Source: Candidatus Margulisiibacteriota bacterium (lineage in GTDB: Bacteria > Margulisbacteria > Riflemargulisbacteria > GWF2-35-9). Taken from it: a DNA stretch of 64,000 bases. Made by a program: the position numbers and the translations under genes. Where the stretch lies: contig JAQURL010000004.1 of assembly GCA_028715625.1 (NCBI GenBank), positions 2,061-66,060 on the forward strand. The letters run 5' to 3'. Each line of letters starts with the position of its first letter. Position 1 is the stretch's first letter. Positions 30,201 through 40,033 of this stretch are shown piece after piece. The notes under the pieces are model-generated. The model had not been told where the DNA came from. It made no database searches and worked only from the letters and a program-made list of their open reading frames with translations.

Positions 30201-32283
30201 AATAGACTGGCATGTTTCGGCTAACAAACAGACCGATATGGGTATTTTTAACATGGCTTTAGCCGCTACTGATCCTAACGGCATGTATGATTTGGGTTTA
30301 ATTACAGGCAACTGGAGCGTATTCTATGCTTCCAGTATCAACTCCAACCTGGTAACAATCAATCCTTTAATAAGTGTTCCCCCGGTTAATTCGTTACCAA
30401 TAACAGCCGTTAATACTCATCCCGGATTAAGCGGGTTTGTTATGACATTATTCGGCTATAACGAAACAGGCACAACGTTAAACAATCTGAACGTAATAAC
30501 GAAAATTTACTCCAGCAGCGGAGCTTTTATCGGACGTTATGATTATGTATCTTCCCCAAATGGTAAGGTGCAGATAATACTCGCAGCCGGTGCAGCTTAT
30601 GGAGTTGAAACAATGGTCTTTGACGGGGTTAATTCTGATTTATGTGCCGGAAATGTATCGTACTTTTCTGTAACTTCCGACAGAATGTTTCAGAAGTCTG
30701 TGACACTTTCCTCAGCTCCTTATCAGATTAGCGGCTATATTATGGCCCCATTATTTAATTTTCTTTCCAATGTTAATGTTTTTGCTTATCCTACAGCCAA
30801 TTTGACCACAATTCAGAATTGGTACTCGAATCCTGTTTCTGATTTTACAACAGATTTGGCAACCGCGCTTAGTGGACAGAATGGCTTGTATTCCCTACAA
30901 GTACCTACCGGTGACTGGGCGGTATTTTATTCCGATACATTAACTACAATGAATCAGGCTCCAATAACACTGACTCCTTCAGTAATAGTGCCGCCATCGG
31001 CAATGTGGATCAGTTCTCCTTCGGCTAACCTGTTTTTTGGACATACATATACCGCAACCAGCGATTACATTTTGGTTGCAGCACCTTTTGGCATAATATC
31101 ATCAGACGCCAGCGGGCTAGCCTGGGTGAACTCCGGAAATACAGGGCAATATGTTAGTATTTCCCTGAACACCATTCAGCCGGGCATGGCTGTATGGGCT
31201 ATAATATCATCCGACATTTCTATCAGTCCGGCTACGAGCAGCTATGTAATCGGCCCCAAAACAGTGCATTTGACCCCAGGATTCAATCTGATTGCCAATC
31301 CGCAGGTAATAACCATCGATTGGGCTAATGTGCTGGTGTCCTATAATAATCAAACCTATTCGGTAATGGCTGCGGCTACCCAGAATCTGATACAAAGCGG
31401 TCTGTGCTATTATGATGGTACAAAATACATTCTTACCGATATTGTTATTCCCTGGAAGGGTTACTGGGTAAACGCAATTCAGCCGATAGACCTGATTTTT
31501 CCGGCAACCAATACCTATGTAACACCTAATAATCCAGGAGGGCTGCTTTTAATTACTAAAGAATTGCAACTCGGTCTTAACTTTGATCAGGATAACTCCG
31601 GGAGTGATTACCTTACCCTGGCAGCGGACGACGAAACACTGGATTTCCGTAGTACTGCTTTAACCCCGGCACAGCCCAGTTCTTCATTGAGAGTTTATGG
31701 ACTTAACAACAACAACCAGCTAATGGTAGACAGAGTGCCTTACGACAATAACAACATGGAATGGAATGTACAGGTAAACACTCAAAAAGCAGGTAATATA
31801 AATATAACCCTGGCTGAGCAAAAGAATACCCTTCTTACCCACTTCAATTATTTTCTGGTGGATGTTCGCAACGGCAAATCAACGACGATAAAGAATGGTG
31901 TGGCCGGAATGGCAGTATATCCGGGCTTAAATCTGATTACCATCCGGGCTGTAAACGCATCCTCAACCGGAACATTACAAAGTCTTATTAACTGGCCCAA
32001 CCCATTTAACCCGATTAACCCCGGTGAAGTGAGCCATATCGATTATGTACTTACAGCAGGTTCATCAATTGAGGCTACAGTAAAAATATATTCCTTGACC
32101 GGAAAATTAATCAGAGGTTTGCACGCGTCAAATCTTTCCCTATCTGGAAGTCTCACCTGGGATGGCCGAGATGATAATGGAATGATGATGCCCAACGATA
32201 TATATTTTTACATTATTAATTTGAAAGACAGCACAGGCAGCGAGATTAAAGCTAAAGGGAAGATAGTATTATGGAAAAAATAG
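27223..32283 (+). CDS. Giant modular surface protein with T9SS type-A C-terminal sorting domain
   Basis: It has a signal peptide, ≥5 copies of an ~200-aa module and a higher-order ~605-aa duplication. The C-terminus VKIYSLTGKLIRGL…SLTWDGRDDNG…IYFYIINL…KGKIVLWKK matches the Por_Secre_tail/FlgD-Ig-like consensus. Confidence 0.7.
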   Translation: MRKIIRSLLSVVFSLIIFTLPLQANTFQYSARIKSDVGALLPGTIVVFGVYQDNGTAQGTLIQETKVSAGGYLPAPIFVPPVSDALVTFDITIPGNFYVETKIMKTGYVGNYEIYAVSQNRIISIDVSLKTPPWNCYFTGWIGDEVHNGVVDYYMNAMPTADFLAATNWHNTTPKLSDLGSRDFVMGSPTFNGSYRSDVTSGDWTLFYTPSTNGTSWTVVSSDAHVFPGANYFEFCSFGTIYVDLHPSVNTFYEYTSVVGLMTNTTIVLDFYSLSQNTLIKESIITYNNYAVFVSQTDITGNYYVEASIKTPGRTDYFAGYIVTQDKYIAQTVFSNVGSDTITGIIGDNIGRPLPNYSVSMVITRNAADYTNWQTSRQYEVGVFPELTVTTDINGVYSANVPYYDYLYVPPYGNIFNLEWTVKSSVTKNWLTGVVISNNAYPNPTADLGLTIMTNVDSNPGLTEFRFTLLSARNRWATLIPSINVIAETFSVTGNLLHSYNFVSSTNGQVDFVVSENTAYGVQILLFDAITSDLLQGQALYYAVTADRWAQTSLLLADAPYTITGTIMLNQMQPLPTINVFSYPLADLTALRSWFASPSVDLFTNVALGSSDQNGAYSLQIAAGVWAFFISDTVATMNQSPITINAGVNVPPFAGPLNFIFSNSFVYKATITDQLSAPISGAMVNFGFYKWSGSSRQLVQEQTIYSDLTGMVSITPSILGTYNMEVKVAANNYLGKILGYSVSQNRIINTIIPLTTSTVAMTGNINDDFNKPVPGYSATALTNTDLNALNNWRSSMNQQSDLSMLSLATTVTDINGIYNLNVLPNTWYVYISPSLNSSQTTIVSSSAQISGTTGLGQINLNLYPTLNVMVYQGTIINGASAPVPSATIYLDIYNENGGAPVFISEQILTTDSLGRFAMTLSPDNLYSAELRIIASGYVGVRLGYSVKQDRLLFQTITLNQATLTVNSQLLDDLANGLVNYAVYGYGASDLPAIIDWHVSANKQTDMGIFNMALAATDPNGMYDLGLITGNWSVFYASSINSNLVTINPLISVPPVNSLPITAVNTHPGLSGFVMTLFGYNETGTTLNNLNVITKIYSSSGAFIGRYDYVSSPNGKVQIILAAGAAYGVETMVFDGVNSDLCAGNVSYFSVTSDRMFQKSVTLSSAPYQISGYIMAPLFNFLSNVNVFAYPTANLTTIQNWYSNPVSDFTTDLATALSGQNGLYSLQVPTGDWAVFYSDTLTTMNQAPITLTPSVIVPPSAMWISSPSANLFFGHTYTATSDYILVAAPFGIISSDASGLAWVNSGNTGQYVSISLNTIQPGMAVWAIISSDISISPATSSYVIGPKTVHLTPGFNLIANPQVITIDWANVLVSYNNQTYSVMAAATQNLIQSGLCYYDGTKYILTDIVIPWKGYWVNAIQPIDLIFPATNTYVTPNNPGGLLLITKELQLGLNFDQDNSGSDYLTLAADDETLDFRSTALTPAQPSSSLRVYGLNNNNQLMVDRVPYDNNNMEWNVQVNTQKAGNINITLAEQKNTLLTHFNYFLVDVRNGKSTTIKNGVAGMAVYPGLNLITIRAVNASSTGTLQSLINWPNPFNPINPGEVSHIDYVLTAGSSIEATVKIYSLTGKLIRGLHASNLSLSGSLTWDGRDDNGMMMPNDIYFYIINLKDSTGSEIKAKGKIVLWKK

Positions 32284-33104
32284 TCAAAACATTATCAATT
32301 CTTCTTATTGCCGGCTCAACACTTTTCGGCGGCTTTTTCCTGGATAACGGTATCGGGTTGAAAGGTATGCAGATGGGTGGTGCTTATACTGCAAACCCGC
32401 AAGGCCCGGATGCTTTGTTCTGGAACGTGGCTAATCTCGCCAATAATTCGTCTAATCAGGCTTATGTTGCTTATGCGCAAAAGTTTGATGACGTAAAAGA
32501 ATATCAGCTTATGTTTAATATGGCTCTTGATGAAAGAAGCGCGATTGGCGTGGCATATTTCTATTCCGGTGTGGATAATATCACCCAATGGTCTACAGCC
32601 AGTCAAAACATGGGAACTTTCAGCTTTATTAACCAGGCACTGCTGGCAGGTTATTCCTTAAAATTCAGTGAAGCGGAAAATGTAGGAATAACCGCCAAAT
32701 TTTTGGGCCAGAGAGCAATAGACCAGGCAGGTTTTTTTGCGATGGACCTGGCCTATCACAGAATATTATTCGGCGATATCAGTTTCGGTCTGGTTTTACA
32801 GGATATTTATTCTACCGGCAGCGATATTCAGCCAATAGTTCGTGTTGGTCTGTCCAAGCCGTTCGGAGAAATTACCCTGGCTGGAGATTATATGTATTCT
32901 TCTATTTTTCAACGGGGTTTTTATAAGCTGGGCGTTAATTACACAGGTCTTAAGCTGGTAGATTTGAAAGCAGGCTATAGTGATTACGATAAGCTGTTTT
33001 ATGCCGGCATGTCGATTAACTTCAATGGAATAAATCTGGATTACCTTTATTCCAATCCTGACCTGGGTACGGTACATCAGTTCGGTGTCGGTATTAATTT
33101 CTAG
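32271..33104 (+). CDS. Putative outer-membrane beta-barrel protein with FadL/PorV-like N-terminal motif (possible T9SS partner of upstream adhesin)
   Basis: A signal peptide, [22 protein letters not shown] (FadL/PorV-type motif), and a C-terminal aromatic (GVGINF). It overlaps the adhesin stop. Confidence 0.4.
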   Translation: MEKIVKTLSILLIAGSTLFGGFFLDNGIGLKGMQMGGAYTANPQGPDALFWNVANLANNSSNQAYVAYAQKFDDVKEYQLMFNMALDERSAIGVAYFYSGVDNITQWSTASQNMGTFSFINQALLAGYSLKFSEAENVGITAKFLGQRAIDQAGFFAMDLAYHRILFGDISFGLVLQDIYSTGSDIQPIVRVGLSKPFGEITLAGDYMYSSIFQRGFYKLGVNYTGLKLVDLKAGYSDYDKLFYAGMSINFNGINLDYLYSNPDLGTVHQFGVGINF

Positions 33105-33124
33105 GCCTGGCCGAGAGAATTTTT

Positions 33125-34114
33125 ATGAAAAAACTGTTTTTCCTGTTTTTGTTAATAATCTGTATTTCATTTACGGAGGTGAAAACCATGGACCTGTCCA
33201 AATTAACTCCGCTGCAATATAAAGTAACCCAGCAATGCGGCACAGAACCGGCTTTCAACAATGAGTTCTGGAATAATAAAAAACCAGGTATTTATGTGGA
33301 TATTGTCAGTGGCGAAGCGCTGTTCAGTTCGCTGGACAAGTTTGATTCGGGCACAGGCTGGCCCAGCTTTTTTCGCCCCATCGAAAAAAATTCACTGGTT
33401 ACAAAAGAAGATACTACTTTTGGAATGTCGCAAACGGAGGTTAAATCCAAGGTTGGTTCACATCTCGGGCATGTGTTTAATGACGCCCCGAAAAGTGAGG
33501 GCGGGCTTCGTTACTGCATAAATTCAGCATCATTGCGTTTTATCCCGCTTGCGGATATGGCAAAAGAAGGTTACTCCAGGTATTTATATTTATTTGATAA
33601 AAAACCGGAAAAGACTGTTAAAACCGAAACCGCCATTTTTGCCGGCGGCTGTTTCTGGGGCCTTGAAGATCTTTTTTCCAAACAGAAAGGCGTGGTTAAA
33701 ACTACCGTCGGATACACCGGTGGCACAACCGAAAACCCGGATTATTCCCTTGTTAAAACCGGTAGTACCGGACATGCGGAATCTATAAAGATTGAGTTTG
33801 ATCCCCAGGTTACTTCTTATGAAAATCTTGTGGTTTTTTTCTTTCAGATACATGACCCCACCACACTGGACAGGCAAGGCAATGACATCGGAACTCAGTA
33901 CCGTTCAGAAATATTTTATATGACTGATGAGCAAAAAAAGATAGCCCAAAAAGTAATAGATCGTGTGAACAAATCCAAAGTTTGGGGCCGTCCGGTAACT
34001 ACCAAATTAGAAAAATCCAAAAAGTTTTATACGGCTGAGGACTATCATCAGCAGTATCTGAAAAAGCATCCGGGTGGATATACCTGCCACTTCATTCGCG
34101 ATAAAAAGTTTTAA
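33125..34114 (+). CDS. msrAB: Bifunctional methionine sulfoxide reductase MsrB-MsrA fusion, exported
   Basis: An N-terminal signal peptide; MsrB motifs (CGTEPAF, GWPSF, RYCINS); MsrA motif GGCFWG in the C-terminal half. Confidence 0.85.
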   Translation: MKKLFFLFLLIICISFTEVKTMDLSKLTPLQYKVTQQCGTEPAFNNEFWNNKKPGIYVDIVSGEALFSSLDKFDSGTGWPSFFRPIEKNSLVTKEDTTFGMSQTEVKSKVGSHLGHVFNDAPKSEGGLRYCINSASLRFIPLADMAKEGYSRYLYLFDKKPEKTVKTETAIFAGGCFWGLEDLFSKQKGVVKTTVGYTGGTTENPDYSLVKTGSTGHAESIKIEFDPQVTSYENLVVFFFQIHDPTTLDRQGNDIGTQYRSEIFYMTDEQKKIAQKVIDRVNKSKVWGRPVTTKLEKSKKFYTAEDYHQQYLKKHPGGYTCHFIRDKKF

Positions 34115-34118
34115 AATT

Positions 34119-34694
34119 CTACAGGTTTGCAGTGGCCAGATAAGATGATCTGCCCAGGGCTGAAAACACAATGTTTTGGAATCCTGCCCGCTCCAGCATG
34201 CCGCTCAATTCCACCTCACTAATCCTTTCATGAGCCGGTGGACCAAATGCAGTGCTGCCGTCTTTATTAAACTCTATAATTGCCAGTTTGCCTTTCTTGT
34301 TCAATGCCTTTTTAATTAAAAGCAGCATCTCTTTTTTGTTATCAACTTCATGGAAAACTTTGCTTAACAAGGCAATAGAGCCTATACCATCCGGGATGCC
34401 AAGATCACTATCTGTAGTCAGAATTACCTCAAGATTATTTTTCTTAAGCACTGACTTTTTTCTGGAAAGTACATTAATCATTTCCGGCTGGCTATCAAGC
34501 GCATATACCTTACCCTTACTGCCAACCAGCTTTGCAGCAGGAAACGCATAAAAACCGCCACCTGCGCCTATATCAATAAAGGTGTCACCGGCTTTAAGCC
34601 CAATCCTGCGCAAGATTTTTAACGGAGGGTTCACGATACGCCGCAAGGGATTATTAAGGAAAACCAAATGCTTGGGATCAAACTTGTGGGTCAT
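34119..34694 (-). CDS. Class I SAM-dependent methyltransferase
   Basis: Carries the IDIGAGGGFY motif I. The start is taken at the ATG (MTHKF) preceded by AAGGAG; the longer ORF is probably not used. Confidence 0.65.
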   Translation of the reverse strand: MTHKFDPKHLVFLNNPLRRIVNPPLKILRRIGLKAGDTFIDIGAGGGFYAFPAAKLVGSKGKVYALDSQPEMINVLSRKKSVLKKNNLEVILTTDSDLGIPDGIGSIALLSKVFHEVDNKKEMLLLIKKALNKKGKLAIIEFNKDGSTAFGPPAHERISEVELSGMLERAGFQNIVFSALGRSSYLATANL

Positions 34695-34862
34695 TTTTTC
34701 TCCTTTTAGAGTAATGGATAAGTTATCTAAAATTAAAATCAATATATAGTATATCAACAGGTTACCGCTATTTAAACCATTTGTTTTGTCTTTTTACAAA
34801 ACAAAGCAATTATTTCTTGGTTTGTACGATAAATTATATGAATATGTAAACAGGGGAGAAGT

Positions 34863-36392
34863 ATGTTTTCAAAAATTATCGCAAACAAATCCAACAAAAA
34901 CTTTGATATGGTTGAGTTTATAAAGCAGATGCTATGCAGAAACAAATGGTACGTTGCTGATCTGTATTTTGAAAACGAAGCCGGAAGCCTTTGCCTAAAT
35001 ATTCTTACACCAAATTGCAAAATATTTGGGGACGAAAATGAAACAAGATTGATTTACAAAAATGATTTTTATAAGAAAAAAGCAAGTATTGAAATAATAC
35101 AGCCCGGGAAAGCCAGCCAGCATACAATCATTCCTGTGAATATTGATTCGGAGCTGTTCAAATTTTTTTCACAAATAATCTGTGACTTCAATAAAAACAA
35201 TCTGGACAATCCGCATAGCAGAAGAAATTATTATGAAAAGTGTTTAGCCAACCGTTTTCTGGGTAAAAAAGTTAATTATGAGGTAACGCAGCTGGAAGAA
35301 TATTTTCCTTATATTTTAAGCACGGGATTGGCTTCGTTTGGCTTTAACTGGACAGAAAAACAGTTGCTGCAGTATATGCCGGTTATGAACTTACTGCTTC
35401 AGTTTGGCCTGGATAATCTGCCGCCGGAGTTCAAGCTTACAGCCAGGATACTGACCAAATGCGAGTTTTCTGAGGTGAGTGCTTTGGCAACCAGGATAGC
35501 AGTGATTTGTGATGGCAAGGAGGTTAGCCAAAAATTTACCGAAACCATGCTGAAACTTGCTCCTATCATGGAAGAAGCGATAATTATTGCCCTTAAAGAA
35601 AACCGGTCTTTGGGTGCACCTAAGATCCGTCTTGCCAGCGAGGTTGACGAAGAAATCAGTACAGATGACGATAATTTTTATTATAAATTTTTTGGGGATG
35701 AGAATAGTGAAATACAGCAATTTTTAAAACTGCTTATGACCCTGTTTCAAACAGATGAAAAACTAATTAAACTGCCGCCTATTTATGAAGATATTTTCTG
35801 GGCAATAAAAGGTGTGCATAAGTTAATAAATGAAACCAGTATCAAGGAACCGGAAAAGTTAAACAGACTAAACGCTCAACTGTTATCAGAAATACAACAT
35901 ATTGATTACCTGATGGGCTCAAAAAAGCAGATATTGGAAATAGAAGCATTGTTTATGGAAGTAAAAGCTTTATACTTAATGGGTTTGGTGGATGAAAGAA
36001 AATTTCAGCCGATACAGCAGCAAATTAAGGATAGAGCTCATATATATGACTTTCAGAGCGCAATAGAAAGACTAAAAGAGAAATTAATTGAATGCAAAAA
36101 AGATGCGCAAGATGGCAAAGTTAAAGGAAAAAGGTCAGCTGAGAACAAAGGCAGCGAGATGCCGCCACACCTGCAGGAATTGATAAATTCACTGGGAGAC
36201 AAGGTTGAGGGCCTGAAAAAATTAATAAACAGTTATTTAAAGGCAACAACGCTAGAGGAACTGAAAACATATTACAGAAGGATTTTTTTAAAAATACATC
36301 CAGATAAGTGTGACCAAACCACCACTACTGATTGGGTAAATTTTTATGATGACTATACCTTTCGCAAAATGAATTTTGACAAAGCAGTCTGA
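34863..36392 (+). CDS. Hypothetical protein with C-terminal J-domain-like HPD motif
   Basis: A 509-aa protein with no clear domain other than …YYRRIFLKIHPDK… near the C-terminus (DnaJ helix II-HPD-like). Confidence 0.3.
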   Translation: MFSKIIANKSNKNFDMVEFIKQMLCRNKWYVADLYFENEAGSLCLNILTPNCKIFGDENETRLIYKNDFYKKKASIEIIQPGKASQHTIIPVNIDSELFKFFSQIICDFNKNNLDNPHSRRNYYEKCLANRFLGKKVNYEVTQLEEYFPYILSTGLASFGFNWTEKQLLQYMPVMNLLLQFGLDNLPPEFKLTARILTKCEFSEVSALATRIAVICDGKEVSQKFTETMLKLAPIMEEAIIIALKENRSLGAPKIRLASEVDEEISTDDDNFYYKFFGDENSEIQQFLKLLMTLFQTDEKLIKLPPIYEDIFWAIKGVHKLINETSIKEPEKLNRLNAQLLSEIQHIDYLMGSKKQILEIEALFMEVKALYLMGLVDERKFQPIQQQIKDRAHIYDFQSAIERLKEKLIECKKDAQDGKVKGKRSAENKGSEMPPHLQELINSLGDKVEGLKKLINSYLKATTLEELKTYYRRIFLKIHPDKCDQTTTTDWVNFYDDYTFRKMNFDKAV

Positions 36393-36419
36393 TTAGTCAG
36401 ACAACCCGCAACTGAGTGG

Positions 36420-36608
36420 TTATTTATCTTTTTTACAGGTATTTACTCCGAAAGGCATATAAAAAAGACACTTGCCTAAAAGAGCTGTTACCAAAGGTAT
36501 CACGCCGATAAGCCCCCACCAGGACTTAAATATAACTCCAACAAGAACTATAGCCACGCCAATTATAATTCGCACAACCCTATCAACTGGTCCTACATTA
36601 CATTTCAT
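36420..36608 (-). CDS. DUF2892 (YgaP-like) small membrane protein
   Basis: Carries the NVGPVDRVVRIIIG motif and two TM helices. Confidence 0.55.
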   Translation of the reverse strand: MKCNVGPVDRVVRIIIGVAIVLVGVIFKSWWGLIGVIPLVTALLGKCLFYMPFGVNTCKKDK

Positions 36609-36844
36609 TTTTTCCTCCTTTTAATATCGCTGTTTATATATATTTAATGATATTAACTTTAATCTTACGCTAAAGCAACAATATGTTTTAGAGAACGAAG
36701 CTGAATTATTTTGACCTTTTTCCACATACTCGCTAATAATATTTTTTGACCACATTTTTAAGATATCTTTCTAAATAAGACGATATATTATTTGAAAACA
36801 GAACCTTATTTTCCAGGTTCATATAAAAAATATAAGGTAACAGT

Positions 36845-38308
36845 ATGCAAAAAAAAATAATAGCGGTGGTTAATAACATTGAAGGCTCGGATTATTTAAA
36901 AGAGCAAATGGAACTATTAAAATTAAAAATCAATATTTTTGCGGTCCGGGAAGCAGGCTTATTGATTTTAAAAGAATTAGACAATGCGAGACGAAATGGC
37001 AAGAATATTCTTGATATGTTATCTTCTTGTCCGGGACTCGAATTTTTACAGGCCGGGAAGCCGGTTGTAACCAAGGAGCAACCAGAATCCCTAGCCCAGG
37101 TGTCCATATATTCCTGCCTGCAGGGCCTTAATGCTAATAATATTGAAAACATTGCTGCACGTATGAATATCAACCTCAGCAAACTCGGATTTATGGACGG
37201 ATCTTTCCCCGGCCCATATGAGATAGCGCAAACATTGTGTGATCTGGCATTATACTTGGTGCATAAAAACATCGGTCGTGCACACAATAAGCTGGCTGTA
37301 GCGTGGTTATCAACAGAGGACAGTATTCTCAAGAAGATTATCAGTTCATACGAGCAAGACCAGGGTTCTATTGGCGAGACATCCGAAACGTATAACGAGC
37401 TGTGTTCATTATATAGGCAATACCTTATAGAATTGCAGGAATGCCTGGAGTTTTGCGCTTATCGAGAGAACCTTGAAGACAAGGAGCCTTTAGCCCAAAG
37501 ACTTATTGCCAGGTGCAGAAGATTTGAAGGATTTAGAGGTATAACCCATTTGGCGGTCACAGATATAATTCGTGAAAACATGGAATTTATAAACAAAACT
37601 CTCCGACATCAGTCTGAGCAATATATAGCGCCGAAAGTGCCCAGAGTGGATTTAATCAACTCCATTAATTATGCTTATGATTGGTTAAATAACAGATGGC
37701 TCCCTGTAGATAAAGACACTATGGAAGCTGTTTTATTAATCGGGAGCAATGATAAATACGGTGAAAGCAAATATCAGAGGCTGGCTATGTATAAAGCATC
37801 TTTGGAGGAAGGTTTTCGCAGGGGCGATATGGACGTAGACGTTAGCATAAGGCTGGGAAAGACTTATGGAGAAGATGCTGTGGTTATCAGGGCCTCTATG
37901 GATGAATATCTTACGAAATTTATACCTGGCAAGACGGGTGAACTGAATATGGATTTGCGCTATGAAGGTACAGAAAATTATGTGCCAGGCACAACGACCT
38001 CTCCTGAATACAAGGGCTTTAAACCAGACAAAACCGTTTTTTACGCCGACAAGGAAGCGCTGTACGTTTCAGGAGATAGAATAAATGCCAGGGTTATCAA
38101 AAAGGAGTTAGGCTTTTTAAGAGCATCCGGGTTTGTGGAAGAAAAACAGATAAGATTGAATAATAAATTGTATTATAAATTTAAAATATTGAATACTCAC
38201 ATTAGCCCAAAACCGATAATTATCAAAGGAAAAGAATGGAGTGCTGTGGGCTTGCATAACGAGCTGCATAGCATTCTGGGTAAAATATATAATAGTATTA
38301 ATAGTTAG
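36845..38308 (+). CDS. Hypothetical protein (487 aa)
   Basis: A long ORF with no recognisable motif, sitting immediately outside the island's attL. Confidence 0.3.
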   Translation: MQKKIIAVVNNIEGSDYLKEQMELLKLKINIFAVREAGLLILKELDNARRNGKNILDMLSSCPGLEFLQAGKPVVTKEQPESLAQVSIYSCLQGLNANNIENIAARMNINLSKLGFMDGSFPGPYEIAQTLCDLALYLVHKNIGRAHNKLAVAWLSTEDSILKKIISSYEQDQGSIGETSETYNELCSLYRQYLIELQECLEFCAYRENLEDKEPLAQRLIARCRRFEGFRGITHLAVTDIIRENMEFINKTLRHQSEQYIAPKVPRVDLINSINYAYDWLNNRWLPVDKDTMEAVLLIGSNDKYGESKYQRLAMYKASLEEGFRRGDMDVDVSIRLGKTYGEDAVVIRASMDEYLTKFIPGKTGELNMDLRYEGTENYVPGTTTSPEYKGFKPDKTVFYADKEALYVSGDRINARVIKKELGFLRASGFVEEKQIRLNNKLYYKFKILNTHISPKPIIIKGKEWSAVGLHNELHSILGKIYNSINS

Positions 38309-38405
38309 AGCTGGCCGGGATTTTTGAAATATTGCCAAAAGCACAAAACATTGAATTTGTTGATAAGATCTATATAAACATGTTCTCAGGGCCCTTGATT
38401 TAATT

Positions 38406-38450
38406 TGGTTGCGGGGGTAGGACTTGAACCTACGACCTTCGGGTTATGAG
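38406..38450. repeat. attL: 45-bp direct repeat identical to the 3' half of tRNA-fMet (49239-49283)
   Basis: A perfect 45/45 match to the tRNA 3' end through the anticodon loop; the sequence diverges immediately on both sides. Confidence 0.75.
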
Positions 38451-38697
38451 AACTAGAAAACATGATTACTGTAAGCCTTGCAATGATTGACAGATGGGTT
38501 GTTTATGCTGATTATGTGGAAAATGTATTTTCTTCCAGAATTTCTACCTTTTCTATTATTTGTATATTCCTCACTAAATATTATTAATTGTGTGTATGGT
38601 TAGTGTATAGAGTTCTATTGGGAATATGTAATCGTTTCTTTATTTATTATAACGCAGTATGATTATTAATAGATTTAACTATCCGGAGGTGTAATTA

Positions 38698-38985
38698 ATG
38701 CATATTCAATTAAAAGGTAAAGATAGTGGATTGTTAAAGGAAGTTAAACTTGGGTTTTCTTGGACAACTTTCTTTTTTGGATTTTTACCGGCATTATTCC
38801 GTGGTGATTTAAAGTGGGCTATTATTATGCTTCTTCTTGCACTTTGTACTTTTTATATCACATGGTTAATGTTTCCATTTATCTATAACAAATTGTATAT
38901 AAAGGAACTCCTTGAAAAAGGATACGTCCCAGCTAATGAACAAAGCAAAACAATGCTAATTAATAAAGGAATAATTTCAAGCTAG
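38698..38985 (+). CDS. DUF2628-like small membrane protein
   Basis: The N-terminal GFSWTTFFFGFLPALFRGDLKWAII pattern and a strong GGAGG RBS. Confidence 0.5.
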   Translation: MHIQLKGKDSGLLKEVKLGFSWTTFFFGFLPALFRGDLKWAIIMLLLALCTFYITWLMFPFIYNKLYIKELLEKGYVPANEQSKTMLINKGIISS

Positions 38986-39000
38986 GTAAGGAATTGATCT

Positions 39001-39723
39001 ATGAAAAGTAAATTCTTTATTACATTATTAGGTCTTTTGTGTTTTTCTGTAATCCTTGCTGAAGAGATTGAAAATTCTAATATTTACTTCTTACAAGGAA
39101 ATGACAAGTCCTTACGCTCAGATTACACAGGAGCGATAGAAGACTATACGGTAGCGATCGAGCTGAATCCTGAAAACGAAGAGGCTTATACTGCTCGGGG
39201 GTCGTGTAAATCAATACAAAAGGGCTATATTGAAGCCATTCAAGACTTTACTAAAGCAATACAGATTAATTCAAAAAAAGAAGAATATTATTATTATCGA
39301 GGGAAAGCAAAGTTTAGTCTAAAAGACTACCTGGAAGCTATAAAAGATTTTAGCAAAGCAATCGAACTTAATCCTGGATATGCAGATGCTTATTGCAATA
39401 GAGGATCTGCTAAATACAATGTAAAAGAAGATGTTGCAGCCATAAAAGATTACAGCAAAGCAATCGAACTTAATCCTAAATATTCAGAAGCCTTTTATTA
39501 TCGAGGGAAAGCAAAGTTAAAACCAAAAGCCTACTCAGCGGCCATAAAAGATTTCAGCAAAGCAATTGAACTTAATCCTAGATATGCGCTAGCTTATTAC
39601 GCTAGAGGATCTGCTAAAATAATGCTCAACGATAAACAAGGGGCATTAGAGGATTTAAGTATTGCAGGAGAACTTGGTTATATCGAAGCTTACATAGCCA
39701 TAAGAAGTATACAAAATTTCTGA
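39001..39723 (+). CDS. Exported TPR-repeat protein (≥5 TPR units)
   Basis: A signal peptide and repeated A..Y…AI.D..KAIELNP.Y..AY..RG.AK units encoded by near-identical 102-bp DNA repeats. Confidence 0.75.
   Translation: MKSKFFITLLGLLCFSVILAEEIENSNIYFLQGNDKSLRSDYTGAIEDYTVAIELNPENEEAYTARGSCKSIQKGYIEAIQDFTKAIQINSKKEEYYYYRGKAKFSLKDYLEAIKDFSKAIELNPGYADAYCNRGSAKYNVKEDVAAIKDYSKAIELNPKYSEAFYYRGKAKLKPKAYSAAIKDFSKAIELNPRYALAYYARGSAKIMLNDKQGALEDLSIAGELGYIEAYIAIRSIQNF
39241..39648. repeat. Tandem 102-bp DNA repeats (4 units) encoding TPR motifs
   Basis: AAAGATTT(T/A/C)AGCAAAGCAAT(C/T)GAACTTAATCCT recurs at 39343, 39445 and 39547, with a more divergent copy at 39241. Confidence 0.6.
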
Positions 39724-40033
39724 TAAATCACAATAAACATATAAAAATTTATAGTATTAGTCTTTTAGAGTATTAGGTTTTATTCACCAGTTTCATTATT
39801 TTGATAAATAACTATTATATCGATAATTTAGACTTATTATAATCTTTACTTTTTCTTTTTTTCTATTCATTATTTTATTATAAAAGAAAAGTGATTGTTA
39901 TCTATATTATATGAATTATAGGCTAATTACTATAAGGCTTAAAGAACAATATCGATTTATTAATAATCGATATTAAAAACAAATCATTAAATAATCAGAG
40001 ATAATTAAAAAAAGAAAGTAACAGGGAGTAAAT

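Noticed and set aside
34695-34757. An N-terminal extension (MIYYILILILDNLSITLKGEK) of the methyltransferase ORF
   Set aside because: The internal ATG has an AAGGAG RBS at ideal spacing and begins the conserved domain. The extension is probably not translated.
38406-38450. A second tRNA gene at the left island boundary
   Set aside because: Only the 3' 45 nt of tRNA-fMet are present. The acceptor 5' half and D-arm are missing, so this is an att repeat and not a functional tRNA.
39241-39648. A CRISPR-like or intergenic tandem repeat
   Set aside because: The 102-bp repeats are in-frame inside a TPR protein CDS (34-aa TPR units).
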